Below, in pieces: positions 28,541 through 38,055 of a stretch of DNA of 61,934 nt; positions within the stretch are counted from its first letter, which is position 1, and each line of letters begins with the position of its first letter. Under the pieces are notes generated by a model that had not been told where the DNA came from, searched no databases, and was given only the letters and a program-made list of their open reading frames with translations. The stretch is from a virus. Its lineage: Duplodnaviria > Caudoviricetes. The DNA is taken from the IMG/VR virus record IMGVR_UViG_3300031455_000003, positions 1-61,934 of that record, one strand, 5' to 3'. The position numbers were made by a program, and so were the translations under genes.

Positions 28541-28898
28541 GATGACGGCCGCGCTCAGCGGGGCATTCCAGGCCGTCTACGGACAGCCGGTCCCGATGAG
28601 GGAGTGGAGGACCTGGCGGAACGGCAGGATACTGGAGGACCTGAAAAAGGGCCTCTCCCCGAAGCAGGTCGCCGGCAGGTGGGAGCTCTCCCACAACAGC
28701 ATCAACCGGATCGCAGCCACCTTCCCAACCCTCCCAGCTCCGCGCGGACGGCGCGGGTCGCGCGCGCAGTCTGCCATGCGCCGAGCCGAGGTCGTTCGCC
28801 TCCGTGGCGAGGGCCGCACATTCACTGAGATCGCCGCGGTGGTCGGGATCACCCCCGAGGGCTGTGCGTATCTCTTCAAGAGGGGCGCGCAGGCATGA
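28527..28898 (+). CDS. Double-HTH DNA-binding protein
   Basis: GLSPKQVAGRWEL and GRTFTEIAAVVGIT. Confidence 0.65.
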   Translation: MREDEMTAALSGAFQAVYGQPVPMREWRTWRNGRILEDLKKGLSPKQVAGRWELSHNSINRIAATFPTLPAPRGRRGSRAQSAMRRAEVVRLRGEGRTFTEIAAVVGITPEGCAYLFKRGAQA

Positions 28899-29197
28899 AC
28901 ACCTATCGCCTCGCCATACTGCTCGCCTTCGCCGCGCTGCCTGCCGCTGCGCAGCAACAGACCTGCGGACCAGCCGCACAGGTCATGCACCGTCTGGCCG
29001 ACCAATACGGCGAGACGCTGCAGAGCGAGGGCTACAGTTCCGACGCCGGCATCATGCAGGTTTACGCCGCGCCCGAGGGCGAGCGGACGTGGACGATCAT
29101 CGTCCTTCGCCCGGACGGCAGCGCCTGCCTCGTCGCCGCTGGCGTGATGTTCGAGCAGATCGAGTCGGAGCCGATCAAGCCGGGAGCGCCGACGTGA
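28895..29197 (+). CDS. Secreted/periplasmic hypothetical protein
   Basis: Signal peptide MNTYRLAILLAFAALPAAA; C...TWTII..PDGSACLVAAG. Confidence 0.65.
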   Translation: MNTYRLAILLAFAALPAAAQQQTCGPAAQVMHRLADQYGETLQSEGYSSDAGIMQVYAAPEGERTWTIIVLRPDGSACLVAAGVMFEQIESEPIKPGAPT

Positions 29198-29318
29198 AAA
29201 GGATCGGGTTCACTGACGAATATCTAGCCATCGTCGGCACTCGCCGGCAGCTTGTCTGGTATCCGATCGCGCTGGTTGCTGCCGTTGCTGTTGAGGTTGC
29301 GCTGCTGTGGTGGCTGGC

Positions 29319-29672
29319 ATGATCCGCCTCTACGCCCTCTCGCTTGCCGCCGGGCTGGCGTTCTCGGCCGCGGTGCAGGTTGCGCACTCCCACAGCTTCT
29401 ATGACGCAGCCTGCTGCCACGATCGGGACTGCTACCCCATCGACAACCCGCGCGTCGATGTCCGGCCGGACGGCTACTTCGTCACCCTGTCCCCGGGCGA
29501 TCATCCGCTGGTGACGCGGACCGTCACCCGCCTGTTCCGCTTCAGCGACATGGACCCCGGCAACAACAACGTGGAGCCGCGGGAGGCCCGCCAGAGCCAG
29601 GACGAGAACTTCCACGCCTGCATGGTCGGCGGGGTGATCTTCTGCCTCTACGCGCCGCTGCAGGGGTATTGA
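29319..29672 (+). CDS. Secreted Cys-rich hypothetical protein
   Basis: Signal peptide then HSFYDAACCHDRDC ... HAC ... FCLY. Confidence 0.65.
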   Translation: MIRLYALSLAAGLAFSAAVQVAHSHSFYDAACCHDRDCYPIDNPRVDVRPDGYFVTLSPGDHPLVTRTVTRLFRFSDMDPGNNNVEPREARQSQDENFHACMVGGVIFCLYAPLQGY

Positions 29673-29674
29673 GC

Positions 29675-30298
29675 ATGATCGCCGCGCTCTACGTCCAGGC
29701 GAATGGCTGCTACTTCGATGTGCCCGAAGTTATCCCGTGGTGTGAGAAGCGCGACGCTAGGCGATACGTGGGGCCACACCCGGTTGTAGCGCACCCACCG
29801 TGTCAGCGATGGGGCCGGTTCTGGCACGGTAGCACGCGCAAACCGCATCAGTTCAAGCTCGGCGACGATGGTGGTTGCTTCGCGGCGGCGCTGGAGGCCG
29901 TCCGCCAGTTCGGTGGCGTGCTGGAGCATCCCGCGGATAGCCGCGCCTGGGCGCACTTCAATCTGAATGCCCCGCCGCGTTCAGGTGGCTGGATCGGCGC
30001 GGACATGATGATGGGCTGGACCTGCTACGTCGAGCAGGGGCGATACGGCCACTTCGCCAACAAACCGACTTGGCTCTACGCCTGCGGAACCGACCTGCCC
30101 GAACTCCGCTGGGGCCGCGGCGAGCAGCGGCTGCATCCGATCGCCCTGGAGCGCCACGGCTACGCGAAGGCCAGACGCATCGGCATGATGGCGATGGTCG
30201 GCGGCAAGAACAAAACGCTCATCCGCGAGGCCACCCCACCAGCATTCCGCGACGTGCTGCTCTCGATCGCCGCAACGGCCCATGCGAGGGCAGCATGA
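29675..30298 (+). CDS. Divergent C5-cytosine methyltransferase-like protein
   Basis: VAHPPCQRW (motif IV-like) and VLEHP (motif VI-like); no clear FxGxG. Confidence 0.55.
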   Translation: MIAALYVQANGCYFDVPEVIPWCEKRDARRYVGPHPVVAHPPCQRWGRFWHGSTRKPHQFKLGDDGGCFAAALEAVRQFGGVLEHPADSRAWAHFNLNAPPRSGGWIGADMMMGWTCYVEQGRYGHFANKPTWLYACGTDLPELRWGRGEQRLHPIALERHGYAKARRIGMMAMVGGKNKTLIREATPPAFRDVLLSIAATAHARAA

Positions 30299-30530
30299 TC
30301 ACCCTCACCCCGATCGAGACGGCCGCCCTGTCGCATCTGGCGACGCTCAGCGAGCCCTACAGGCCGCTCCGTGGCGCGGCTCCCTCTGCCACCTGCCTCG
30401 CCCGCCTCGTGCCCCACGGCCTCGTCACAGGCCAGCGGGAGCCTATCGACGCCGTCCGATGCAGGCGCAGGGAGGTGACCGTCTACAGCATCACCGTGGC
30501 GGGGCTGGCGGCTGTCGAAGCGGTGGCAGC

Positions 30531-31475
30531 GTGAGCGTCACGATCCTGACTGGCGACTGCCGCCACGTGCTCGGCTCTCTGCCTGAGCAGAGCGTACAGT
30601 GCTGCGTCACCAGCCCGCCGTATTTCGGACTGCGCGACTACGGCATGGCGGACCAGATCGGCCTTGAGCAGACGCCAGACGCCTACGTCGCCGAGATGGT
30701 GGCGGTGTTCCGCGAGGTAAAGCGGGTGCTGCGGGATGACGGCACGCTCTGGCTGAACCTGGGGGACAGCTACAACAGCGGAACGCAAAGCAACCACGGC
30801 AAGGGTGGGACGATGAGCCGCGACGGGCTCGCACCTGAAGACGGGTGGGCTGGGCACCGTCCGCTTGTCCCCGGTCTGAAGCCCAAAGACCTGATCGGCA
30901 TCCCTTGGCGCGTCGCCTTCGCCCTGCAAGCGGACGGCTGGTATCTGCGCCAGGACATCATCTGGGCCAAGCCCAATCCAATGCCCGAGAGCACGAAGGA
31001 CCGCTGCACCAAGGCGCATGAATACGTGTTCCTGTTGAGCAAGTCGGCACGGTATTTCTACGATGCGAAGGCCGTTGCCGAGACGGCCACCAACCGCCCG
31101 CCTGGATCGAAAGCGATCGACAAGCACATCGCAGTCGCGCTTACCGATCCGAAGGCGCGAACCAAGGCCAACCTCCACAAGATCAAGGCCGTTGACGAGC
31201 GGAACCGCCGCTCCGTCTGGTCTATCGCGACCCGGCCCTACAGCGGCGCGCATTTCGCGACCATGCCGCCGGAACTCGCCGCGACGTGCATCAAGGCGGG
31301 CTCGCGGCCGGGCGACATGATCCTCGATCCGTTCGGCGGCGCCGGAACCACGGCGCTCGTCGCGGACCGGTTGCGGCGTAACGCCACCATAATCGAACTC
31401 AATCCGGCCTATGCCGATCTCGCCCGAGACCGCATCAACTCAGAGGCGGGGCTGTTCGCCCCGGCGGCAGAATGA
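30531..31475 (+). CDS. N4-C/N6-A DNA methyltransferase (beta class)
   Basis: VTSPPY catalytic motif precedes ILDPFGGAGTT SAM motif. Confidence 0.92.
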   Translation: MSVTILTGDCRHVLGSLPEQSVQCCVTSPPYFGLRDYGMADQIGLEQTPDAYVAEMVAVFREVKRVLRDDGTLWLNLGDSYNSGTQSNHGKGGTMSRDGLAPEDGWAGHRPLVPGLKPKDLIGIPWRVAFALQADGWYLRQDIIWAKPNPMPESTKDRCTKAHEYVFLLSKSARYFYDAKAVAETATNRPPGSKAIDKHIAVALTDPKARTKANLHKIKAVDERNRRSVWSIATRPYSGAHFATMPPELAATCIKAGSRPGDMILDPFGGAGTTALVADRLRRNATIIELNPAYADLARDRINSEAGLFAPAAE

Positions 31476-31837
31476 CCGCCCGCCAGAAATACAACGCCAA
31501 GCCGACCGTGATCGATGGCATCCACTTCGCCTCGAAAAAAGAGGCCGCACGCTACGGGCTGCTGAAGATGCTCCAGTCCGGCGGCGTGATCCGCAACCTT
31601 GAGCTTCAGCCGAAGTTCACTTTCGAGGTCAACGGGCGGCCCGTGCTGATCCGCAGCGAGGGCTATCCGAACGGCAGGCGCGCAAGCTTCAGGGCGGACT
31701 TTGCCTATGTCGACATCGCCTCAGGCGAGACGATTGTCGAGGACGTGAAGGGCGGCAAGGCGACGCTGACCGAGGCGAGCCAGCTTCGCCGGGCGCTGGT
31801 CGAAGCGCAGTTCGGCGTCGTGGTGAGGACGGTATGA
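31472..31837 (+). CDS. DUF1064 PD-(D/E)XK nuclease-like protein
   Basis: KYNAKPTVIDGIHFASKKEA...ADFAY...VEDVKG. Confidence 0.88.
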   Translation: MTARQKYNAKPTVIDGIHFASKKEAARYGLLKMLQSGGVIRNLELQPKFTFEVNGRPVLIRSEGYPNGRRASFRADFAYVDIASGETIVEDVKGGKATLTEASQLRRALVEAQFGVVVRTV

Positions 31838-32181
31838 ACACCCCCGAGCATCCTTTCACGGCCGATCCCGGCGGCCGAGACGATCCAGTGCGCAAGTCAA
31901 CCGCCGTTGCTCGGGGGGGCATGCTATCGGCGGAACTGGATCATCCGGGCGCGGGCACGAGCGAGAACGCCAGATGGCAAGAGCCGGCCCGGCGCGCGAG
32001 GTTCAAGTATCAGCGCGCACGCATGCTCGCCCGCGCCGAGCGCATCCGCCAGATGCACGCCGCCGGCATGTCGTGGGCCGAGATGGGGCGCACGCTCCAC
32101 GTGGACAGCAAGGCGATCGGCCGGCAGGCACGGGCGCTCGGGCTCGCCGCCAACTTCAAGGGGCGGGTGAGAGTTCGGTGA
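31834..32181 (+). CDS. HTH-containing hypothetical protein
   Basis: GMSWAEMGRTLHV; coupled ORF. Confidence 0.55.
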   Translation: MNTPEHPFTADPGGRDDPVRKSTAVARGGMLSAELDHPGAGTSENARWQEPARRARFKYQRARMLARAERIRQMHAAGMSWAEMGRTLHVDSKAIGRQARALGLAANFKGRVRVR

Positions 32182-32942
32182 GCGAGGAGCAGTGGTTCAG
32201 GATGCGCCCGTCCAAGTTCATGGCTGGCTGCCGTGGCCTCAATGCCAACGAGGTCAAGGTCTACATCAGCCTGATCTGCCGCATCATGGAACACGGCTCT
32301 GCGGTCGAGGAAGACCACGAAATTCTGGCGACCTATTGCGAGATGCGGCCAACGTCTTTCGCAACTGCACTCGACCGATTGGTGCGCCTGAAGAAGCTGA
32401 TCCGCACCGACGACGGGCACCTGACAAACGCGTTCTGCGACGGAGAAATTACGTGGCGCGCGTGCTACTCTGAAAATGCCAAGCGGGCCGGGCAGAAATC
32501 TGCGGAGAAACGCAAGGGAAATCAAGCGCCGACGGCAACGGATGTTGAACCGGCGTTCAACCATAAGAGAAGAGAAGAAGAGATAAGAGAAGAGGTAGGT
32601 TCTAACGAACCTACAGCGCGCAAGCGCGCCTTGTCTGCGCGTGACCATCTTGAGCCTGTGATCGGTGCGGATTTGGCGGCGGCGTTCTGCGCTCATCGCA
32701 CTGCACTCAAAGCCCAGATGACCCCGCACGCCGGCAAGCTCATGGCGTCGAAACTGGCCGCCATGCCCGACCCCGTGGCCGCCGTCACGCTCAGCTTGGA
32801 GCGGGGATGGAAGGGCGTTTTCGATCCCGAGCCCGCTCAAGTGCACCAGTTTCCCCGGAGAGGACGGATTTCAGATGGCGAACGACTTGATGACCTACTC
32901 GGCGATCTCACGGCCCGTGTGTCTCAGCAGCGCCTCGAATAA
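32178..32942 (+). CDS. Replication initiator, DUF1376/YdaU-like
   Basis: WFRMRPSKFMAG..GLNANEVKVYISLIC; C-terminal F..HR..LK..MT...GWKG. Confidence 0.75.
   Translation: MSEEQWFRMRPSKFMAGCRGLNANEVKVYISLICRIMEHGSAVEEDHEILATYCEMRPTSFATALDRLVRLKKLIRTDDGHLTNAFCDGEITWRACYSENAKRAGQKSAEKRKGNQAPTATDVEPAFNHKRREEEIREEVGSNEPTARKRALSARDHLEPVIGADLAAAFCAHRTALKAQMTPHAGKLMASKLAAMPDPVAAVTLSLERGWKGVFDPEPAQVHQFPRRGRISDGERLDDLLGDLTARVSQQRLE
32544..32614. other. Candidate replication origin within initiator gene
   Basis: IR GTTGAAC-4-GTTCAAC, direct repeats ATAAGAGAAGAG x2, IR GTAGGTTC-4-GAACCTAC. Confidence 0.45.
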
Positions 32943-33480
32943 CTACCAGGACGAGGCGGCCTACGGCGAATGCGACCAGGCGGTGCTCATCCGCTCGCTG
33001 CGGGATCTTCTCAGCCTCTACTACCAGCCCGACGAGACGCCGCAGATGCGCGCCCGGCAGATCGCGCTGTTCGTGAAGGACATGGCGGATTTCAGCGACG
33101 ACTGCGCCGGCTGGGCGATCGATGAGTGGCGGAGAAACCAAGACCGCCGCCCATCCCCGGCCTCTCTCAGGCAACTTGGGATGCGGCGCAAGCAGGAGGC
33201 GTTCGGCGCGATCAAATCCCGGCCAGAGCCGATGGTTCCGCACATCCCCTACGCCGAGCCCGATCTGGAGGAGCGGAAGGAAGTCATCGAGCGCATCAAT
33301 CGCAACCTCGGTCACGTCCTGCATCGGGGCCGCTACGTCTCCCCTACATACGTCGCCGACGACGTGCAGCCGCGCAAGCCGCACTGGTCGGAGACTGCCG
33401 CACCCGATGATCCGCGATGGGCTGCTCTGCGCAAATCCCGCGCCGCCAACGCGCTCATGAACCCGGAGGCCACCGAATGA
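32875..33480 (+). CDS. Putative helicase loader/replication accessory protein
   Basis: Follows initiator; AIDEWRR....PSPA.LR motif. Confidence 0.55.
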   Translation: MANDLMTYSAISRPVCLSSASNNYQDEAAYGECDQAVLIRSLRDLLSLYYQPDETPQMRARQIALFVKDMADFSDDCAGWAIDEWRRNQDRRPSPASLRQLGMRRKQEAFGAIKSRPEPMVPHIPYAEPDLEERKEVIERINRNLGHVLHRGRYVSPTYVADDVQPRKPHWSETAAPDDPRWAALRKSRAANALMNPEATE

Positions 33481-33833
33481 AACTCCGCGACCGCCTCCTC
33501 AAACAGCCCCCGTGGATGTGCTGGGAGAGCATCCTTAGCCCGCTCCAGCACCGTCAGGGCCTGATGCCATGCGGCATCATGGCTAGCCCGCGCACCAGCA
33601 GCGCAGGCTCCACGGCCCCCTACACCGCCGCCGAGGACCGCACCATCCGCCGGCTGCACGCCGAGGGGTGGGGCTGGCTGGAGATCGCGGTTCATCTCGG
33701 GCGGGGCCGCAAGAGCGTAGGCACCCGCGGCCGTGAGGTGCTGCGCCTGGAGCCGATCGGCCGGGGCAAGCAGGCATACCAGCGCCGCGCCGAGGCCGGC
33801 TATCCGCAGATTGGGGAGACCGCAGATGAGTGA
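33477..33833 (+). CDS. Myb/GcrA-like HTH protein
   Basis: YTAAEDRTIRRLHAEGWGWLEIAVHLGRGRKSV. Confidence 0.6.
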   Translation: MKLRDRLLKQPPWMCWESILSPLQHRQGLMPCGIMASPRTSSAGSTAPYTAAEDRTIRRLHAEGWGWLEIAVHLGRGRKSVGTRGREVLRLEPIGRGKQAYQRRAEAGYPQIGETADE

Positions 33834-34581
33834 CGCACCGGATCGGATTTGGATCGATACCGTGCGCGACACGGGGGCGCAATTGCTGGTCGCGGGTGGC
33901 GTCGAGCCGCTGGCTAACGGGACTTCGGTCGAATACGTCCGCGCCGACATCGCCGCCGCCCGCGAGGCCGAACTGCGCGCCGAGATCGCCGCACTCAAAG
34001 GCACGCACGACGAGGCTGTGCGCTGGGGACAATCCATCGAGGCCGCAGCATATCGCGCGGGGCTGGAGGCGGCGGCGGACTTCTGCGCCAAGCGATCGGA
34101 ACGGCTCGGCGAGTTCTGGCTTCACGCCGCTTCTGTGATCCGTGCGCTGGCGCAGGAAGCCCCGACCTTGCCGGGACAGCCTCAGGGACCGGAAAGCTCG
34201 ACTAGCGCTTCTAGCACGCCTCCCAGCGCCGCTAGGGTGGTGTCTGAGTGCTCATACGAAGGCTATAGCGCGCCCGGCGACTGGATCAGCGGAGCCGGCG
34301 CGCACCCCGCCGACGCGCAAGATCGATCCCAGCATAAAGTCGGGATCAATCCAGTAATCAAGCACCGCACCGACTCGCCCGGCGGGATGATCGCGTCCAC
34401 CAAGCAAGCGTTGAGCGTCGCCAAGGGCGAGACAGCCCACACATGCGTCGTGCCGAACTGTCAGGCCTGCCAGCCGCACCGCAGCGACACGGTCAACGGC
34501 AGGACCCCGGCCGAGTGGGACGCTTTGGTTGCCGCGGTCGTTCCCGGGCAGGGGCCGCTGGATCATGGGTGGGGCAAATGA
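33826..34581 (+). CDS. Hypothetical protein
   Basis: MSDAPDRIW...VEYVRAD; coupled ORF. Confidence 0.6.
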   Translation: MSDAPDRIWIDTVRDTGAQLLVAGGVEPLANGTSVEYVRADIAAAREAELRAEIAALKGTHDEAVRWGQSIEAAAYRAGLEAAADFCAKRSERLGEFWLHAASVIRALAQEAPTLPGQPQGPESSTSASSTPPSAARVVSECSYEGYSAPGDWISGAGAHPADAQDRSQHKVGINPVIKHRTDSPGGMIASTKQALSVAKGETAHTCVVPNCQACQPHRSDTVNGRTPAEWDALVAAVVPGQGPLDHGWGK

Positions 34582-34841
34582 GCGAGGACGAGAAGAAGGC
34601 GCTCTGGCGGCAGATCATGCCGGGCTGCGGCGAGATGGCCGAGCTGGTAGACGCGGCACTATGCGAGATGGCCGATCACTCCACGGTCGAGCCGGGATCG
34701 ACGTTCGATAGCCTGGTCCTCGTCGATGGCAGCTTCAGGCTGAGCGAAGTGCTCTCGTGTGTGCTCGCGGCGCGCTATGCGCAGATCGTTGGGGATGATC
34801 TCAGCTTGCCGCGCCGGCGGTATTCCGGTGGCGACGAATGA
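34578..34841 (+). CDS. Hypothetical protein
   Basis: ATGA-coupled ORF. Confidence 0.55.
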   Translation: MSEDEKKALWRQIMPGCGEMAELVDAALCEMADHSTVEPGSTFDSLVLVDGSFRLSEVLSCVLAARYAQIVGDDLSLPRRRYSGGDE

Positions 34842-35412
34842 CCCCCGAGGAAATCGCCCTCGTCACCGAGATGCGCCACGAGCCGTCCGCGCCCCTGACC
34901 ATGCAGCAGGAGGGCTGGCTGCTCGTCGTCATCCTCTGCGTCGTGGTCCTGGCGGTGCTGGGGATCATGGGGGCGCAGGAGTGACCCTGATCGTCGTGGT
35001 TGTCCTTGCGCTGGTGGGCTACGCTTTCGGCGGTAACGCTGCGCTGTTCGTCTCGTGCTGTCTGTTGGGGTGGTTCTTGGCAGAGCGTGAGGACCGCAAA
35101 TGACCCCCGAAGCCGCCGCCCTGCACCGCCTCATAGCCTCGCTGACGATGATCGTGGACGAGGCGTCGGAGCACGTCGCGGGAGGCGTTGCGCTCGCCTA
35201 CGTCCTTGGCTGGTGCGTCTATCGGGTCGAGGCCGCCACGGAAGAACAGGCCGAGTCGGTCGAACTAGTCGCGGGTTACGTCGTCGGTCAACTGGAAGAG
35301 ATCTGGAGGATGAACTAGTGCCCACCATCCCCATCCTCCCTACCGACGACGCCGAACTGATCAAGCTCAGCGAGGAGCAGATGCGCATCCTGATGCGGCG
35401 AGGAGACGAGAA

Positions 35413-35796
35413 GTGAGCGAGACCGAGAAGGCTGAGATGCTAGCGGAAATAGCGCGGCTCCATGCGCGCCTGGAGGACGACCACGTCTATCGGATCAACC
35501 CGGAAGATCCTGACGGTGAGATGGTCCGTGAGGATGTTGCGCCCGGCAGCATCCCTGATGGGATTGAGGCCCGTGACGCCACAATCGGCTTGCTGGAGGA
35601 CGAGATCAAGCGCCTGCACCGGAAACTGCGAAAGCAGCGCGAGAAGGTCCACGGGCTGAAAAAGGCATACGGCCGCATCTGGCGGCACTGGCGGGTATCT
35701 CAGGACATGCTCGGCCAACAGTGGCTCACCATAGGTTGCGCAGGCTGCGCTGAGCTTGAAGCGATCCGGGCGCGCGCAACCGAGGGACAGAAATGA
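35413..35796 (+). CDS. Hypothetical coiled-coil protein
   Basis: GGAGA RBS; IPDGIEARDATI. Confidence 0.6.
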   Translation: MSETEKAEMLAEIARLHARLEDDHVYRINPEDPDGEMVREDVAPGSIPDGIEARDATIGLLEDEIKRLHRKLRKQREKVHGLKKAYGRIWRHWRVSQDMLGQQWLTIGCAGCAELEAIRARATEGQK

Positions 35797-36431
35797 TGAT
35801 GCAATCCCCCACCGCCTTCGCCCGAGCCCGCGCATCCCTGGGCGAGACGCACTGGTATGCCCTGATGGCGACGCATCAGGCTGGCCTGCGTGAACGCACA
35901 TGGGGCGCCCGAAAGGAGCACGGCCGCTTCACCGGCGGCGAACTCGCCATGCCCGTCGAGCGGTTGCTCGAGGCCCGCGGCTTCAGCGTCTACGTCCCGG
36001 CCGAGACGAAATACATCCGCCGCAACAAATACCGGCGGCAGGAGAAAAAGCGGGTCTACCGCGCCCTGTTCCCCGGGCTCGTATGGGCCGAGATCGCCGA
36101 CGATCGCCAGTGGTATCGCGCCCTCACCACCCCGTTCGTCCGCGGCGTGCTCATGGGCGACAACGGCAAGCCCCGCCCGTTCTACGAGTTCGAGCTGTGC
36201 CAGATCGACGCGATGGTGCGGCAGAACACCGCCAAGCCGTACCACAAGCCCATGCCGACCAACCGCGCCTTCGATCCCGGCGACAAGGTGGAGTTTACCG
36301 ACGGGCCGATGTCCGGCATGGTGTTCGACGTGCAGGCGATCGACGGCGACATGGCGAAGATCACCGCGTGCCTGTTCGGCTCGGAGCGGCTGGTGAAGGC
36401 GCACCTGTCGAACTTGGCTAAGGTGGCGTGA
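35793..36431 (+). CDS. NusG-family (NGN+KOW) antiterminator
   Basis: WYAL...LEARGFSVYVP...LFPGLVW NGN; FDPGDKVEFTDGPMSG KOW; LFG. Confidence 0.88.
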   Translation: MMMQSPTAFARARASLGETHWYALMATHQAGLRERTWGARKEHGRFTGGELAMPVERLLEARGFSVYVPAETKYIRRNKYRRQEKKRVYRALFPGLVWAEIADDRQWYRALTTPFVRGVLMGDNGKPRPFYEFELCQIDAMVRQNTAKPYHKPMPTNRAFDPGDKVEFTDGPMSGMVFDVQAIDGDMAKITACLFGSERLVKAHLSNLAKVA

Positions 36432-36775
36432 TAATGAACTACGAGGCTGGTAGGCACTACCTAATCACGACAACGGACTGGTTTTTCGCTCCTGACGGAG
36501 AGAGTTACAAGGCCGCATATGGACCGCTGGTCGGCGTCTTCTCTAGCGAAGATACGCTCGGAGTTCGGACTAATTCTAGATCAACCAACTGGTATGTTCA
36601 TCTGGGAAACATGATGATTGCCGGTTGTCAAATTAACTATGTCATCCAATCCGACGATGTGAGCTTCGCACCACCGACCGCAGAGGCAGATTATAATGGC
36701 GAGCGAGTTGGAAGCCGTGCGCCGATCACGCGGATTTACGACGCTAGGCAGAGCAGCTTGGCGAAGGTGGCGTGA
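36428..36775 (+). CDS. Hypothetical protein, lower GC
   Basis: YLITTTDWFFAPDGESYKAAYG; T/A-rich third positions. Confidence 0.7.
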   Translation: MIMNYEAGRHYLITTTDWFFAPDGESYKAAYGPLVGVFSSEDTLGVRTNSRSTNWYVHLGNMMIAGCQINYVIQSDDVSFAPPTAEADYNGERVGSRAPITRIYDARQSSLAKVA

Positions 36776-36908
36776 TGGAGAGAAAGGAGACGCACATGGA
36801 AAGATCGGAGCGCTTGGCGCGCCGTTCTGAGCGGGATCTGCGGTTGTGCGCGCTCTGCCTAGGCATTGCCGCGGTTTGCCATCTAATGGCCTTAATTTCG
36901 AGGCTGAC

Positions 36909-37088
36909 GTGACGAAAGCGATCCCACCGCAGGAGGCAGCCAAGCGGATGAAGGAGATCGCGGACAATCCAGACAATCGTCATGATGACCACATCGCCGC
37001 CGACGCTCTTCTGTGCCAGGTGCTGCGGTCTCTGGGCTATGGCGAGGCGGTCTGCCAGTTCAAGCGCATCAAGAAGTGGTATTCATGA
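36909..37088 (+). CDS. Hypothetical protein
   Basis: HIAADALLCQVLRSLGYGEAV..F..IKKWYS. Confidence 0.6.
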   Translation: MTKAIPPQEAAKRMKEIADNPDNRHDDHIAADALLCQVLRSLGYGEAVCQFKRIKKWYS

Positions 37089-37286
37089 GGCACTTGCATA
37101 ACGATTGCGCCTATGGCAATGTGCGCGGTGACGCTGCCGATAACAAAGAACCAAGTAGGATTGTGTCCCGGTTTCCTTAAATTCCATTTTTGGAATTTTT
37201 GAGAAATCTGGGGCGAAGCTATGTCCGGCGTCAGGAATTCCCCTAGAGCGAGCCGCCACGGTGCGCTGGGGTAGCACATCCTCGTC

Positions 37287-37568
37287 ATGAGCGGCAGTAG
37301 CGAGCGCATCCGGGGACGCAGGGCCGTAGCCTTACGCCGTGCGCGCCTGAGAGCCGAGCCACTGTGCAGGGACTGCATGGCCAAGGGCCGCGTCACTGCA
37401 TCGACTGTGCCTGACCACATCGTGCCGTTGGACCATGGCGGCATAGAGGACGGGCTAGCGATAAGTCCGAACATCCGCTGTTTGTGTGACCCGTGCCACG
37501 CCAAGCGGACGCGCGAGCAGTTCAAGCATCAGCGCATGGAGCGCATGGATGGTTGGCGACCCCGATAG
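37287..37568 (+). CDS. Packaging-associated HNH endonuclease
   Basis: PLCRDC...VPDHIVPL..GG...NIRCLCDPCHAKRT; directly before terS. Confidence 0.9.
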   Translation: MSGSSERIRGRRAVALRRARLRAEPLCRDCMAKGRVTASTVPDHIVPLDHGGIEDGLAISPNIRCLCDPCHAKRTREQFKHQRMERMDGWRPR

Positions 37569-37650
37569 GGGGGGGCGGGTGAGAAACCCAGAGCGCCCCT
37601 AGCTGGAAACGCACCCCGCCCTGCAATTTCACCGAGAGCAGTTTTGAAGA
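37568..37650. other. Probable cos region
   Basis: G-run GGGGGGGGCGGGT and CACCCCGCCC between HNH and terS, the usual cos position in HNH-terS-terL phages. Confidence 0.45.
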
Positions 37651-37671
37651 TGGGTAGGGGCTGCTGACCTA

Positions 37672-38055
37672 ATGTCAGATCGCATCGCGCAACCGCGGTA
37701 TGGGTCGATCTTCAGGGACGACCCCGAGAAGGCTGAGACTGCGAAGGCGAAGTGGGCCGAGGCTGTCGCGCACCTCAAACTGAACGATTGGGTTTCCCCG
37801 GGGCGTCTTGCGGTCGCGGATCGCTATGCGCGAGCCTACGCGGAATACGAGGCGCTTTACCCGATCGCAGCGGCAGAGGGGCCGGTGAAGGTCGGGCCGA
37901 ACGGCGGCGATGTGTTCAATTTCACCTGGTCTGCGGTCGAGAAGCTCAACGAGAGGCTGGCCAAGTTGGAGGCCAAGTTGAAGATTGACCCGAACGACGA
38001 AGGCGAGCGCGTTCCGGCCGCGCCAAAGACAGCTGCCGACGCCTACCTCGATTGA
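37672..38055 (+). CDS. terS: Terminase small subunit (P27-like)
   Basis: Position; RYARAY...EGPV...LEAKLKIDP. Confidence 0.8.
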   Translation: MSDRIAQPRYGSIFRDDPEKAETAKAKWAEAVAHLKLNDWVSPGRLAVADRYARAYAEYEALYPIAAAEGPVKVGPNGGDVFNFTWSAVEKLNERLAKLEAKLKIDPNDEGERVPAAPKTAADAYLD

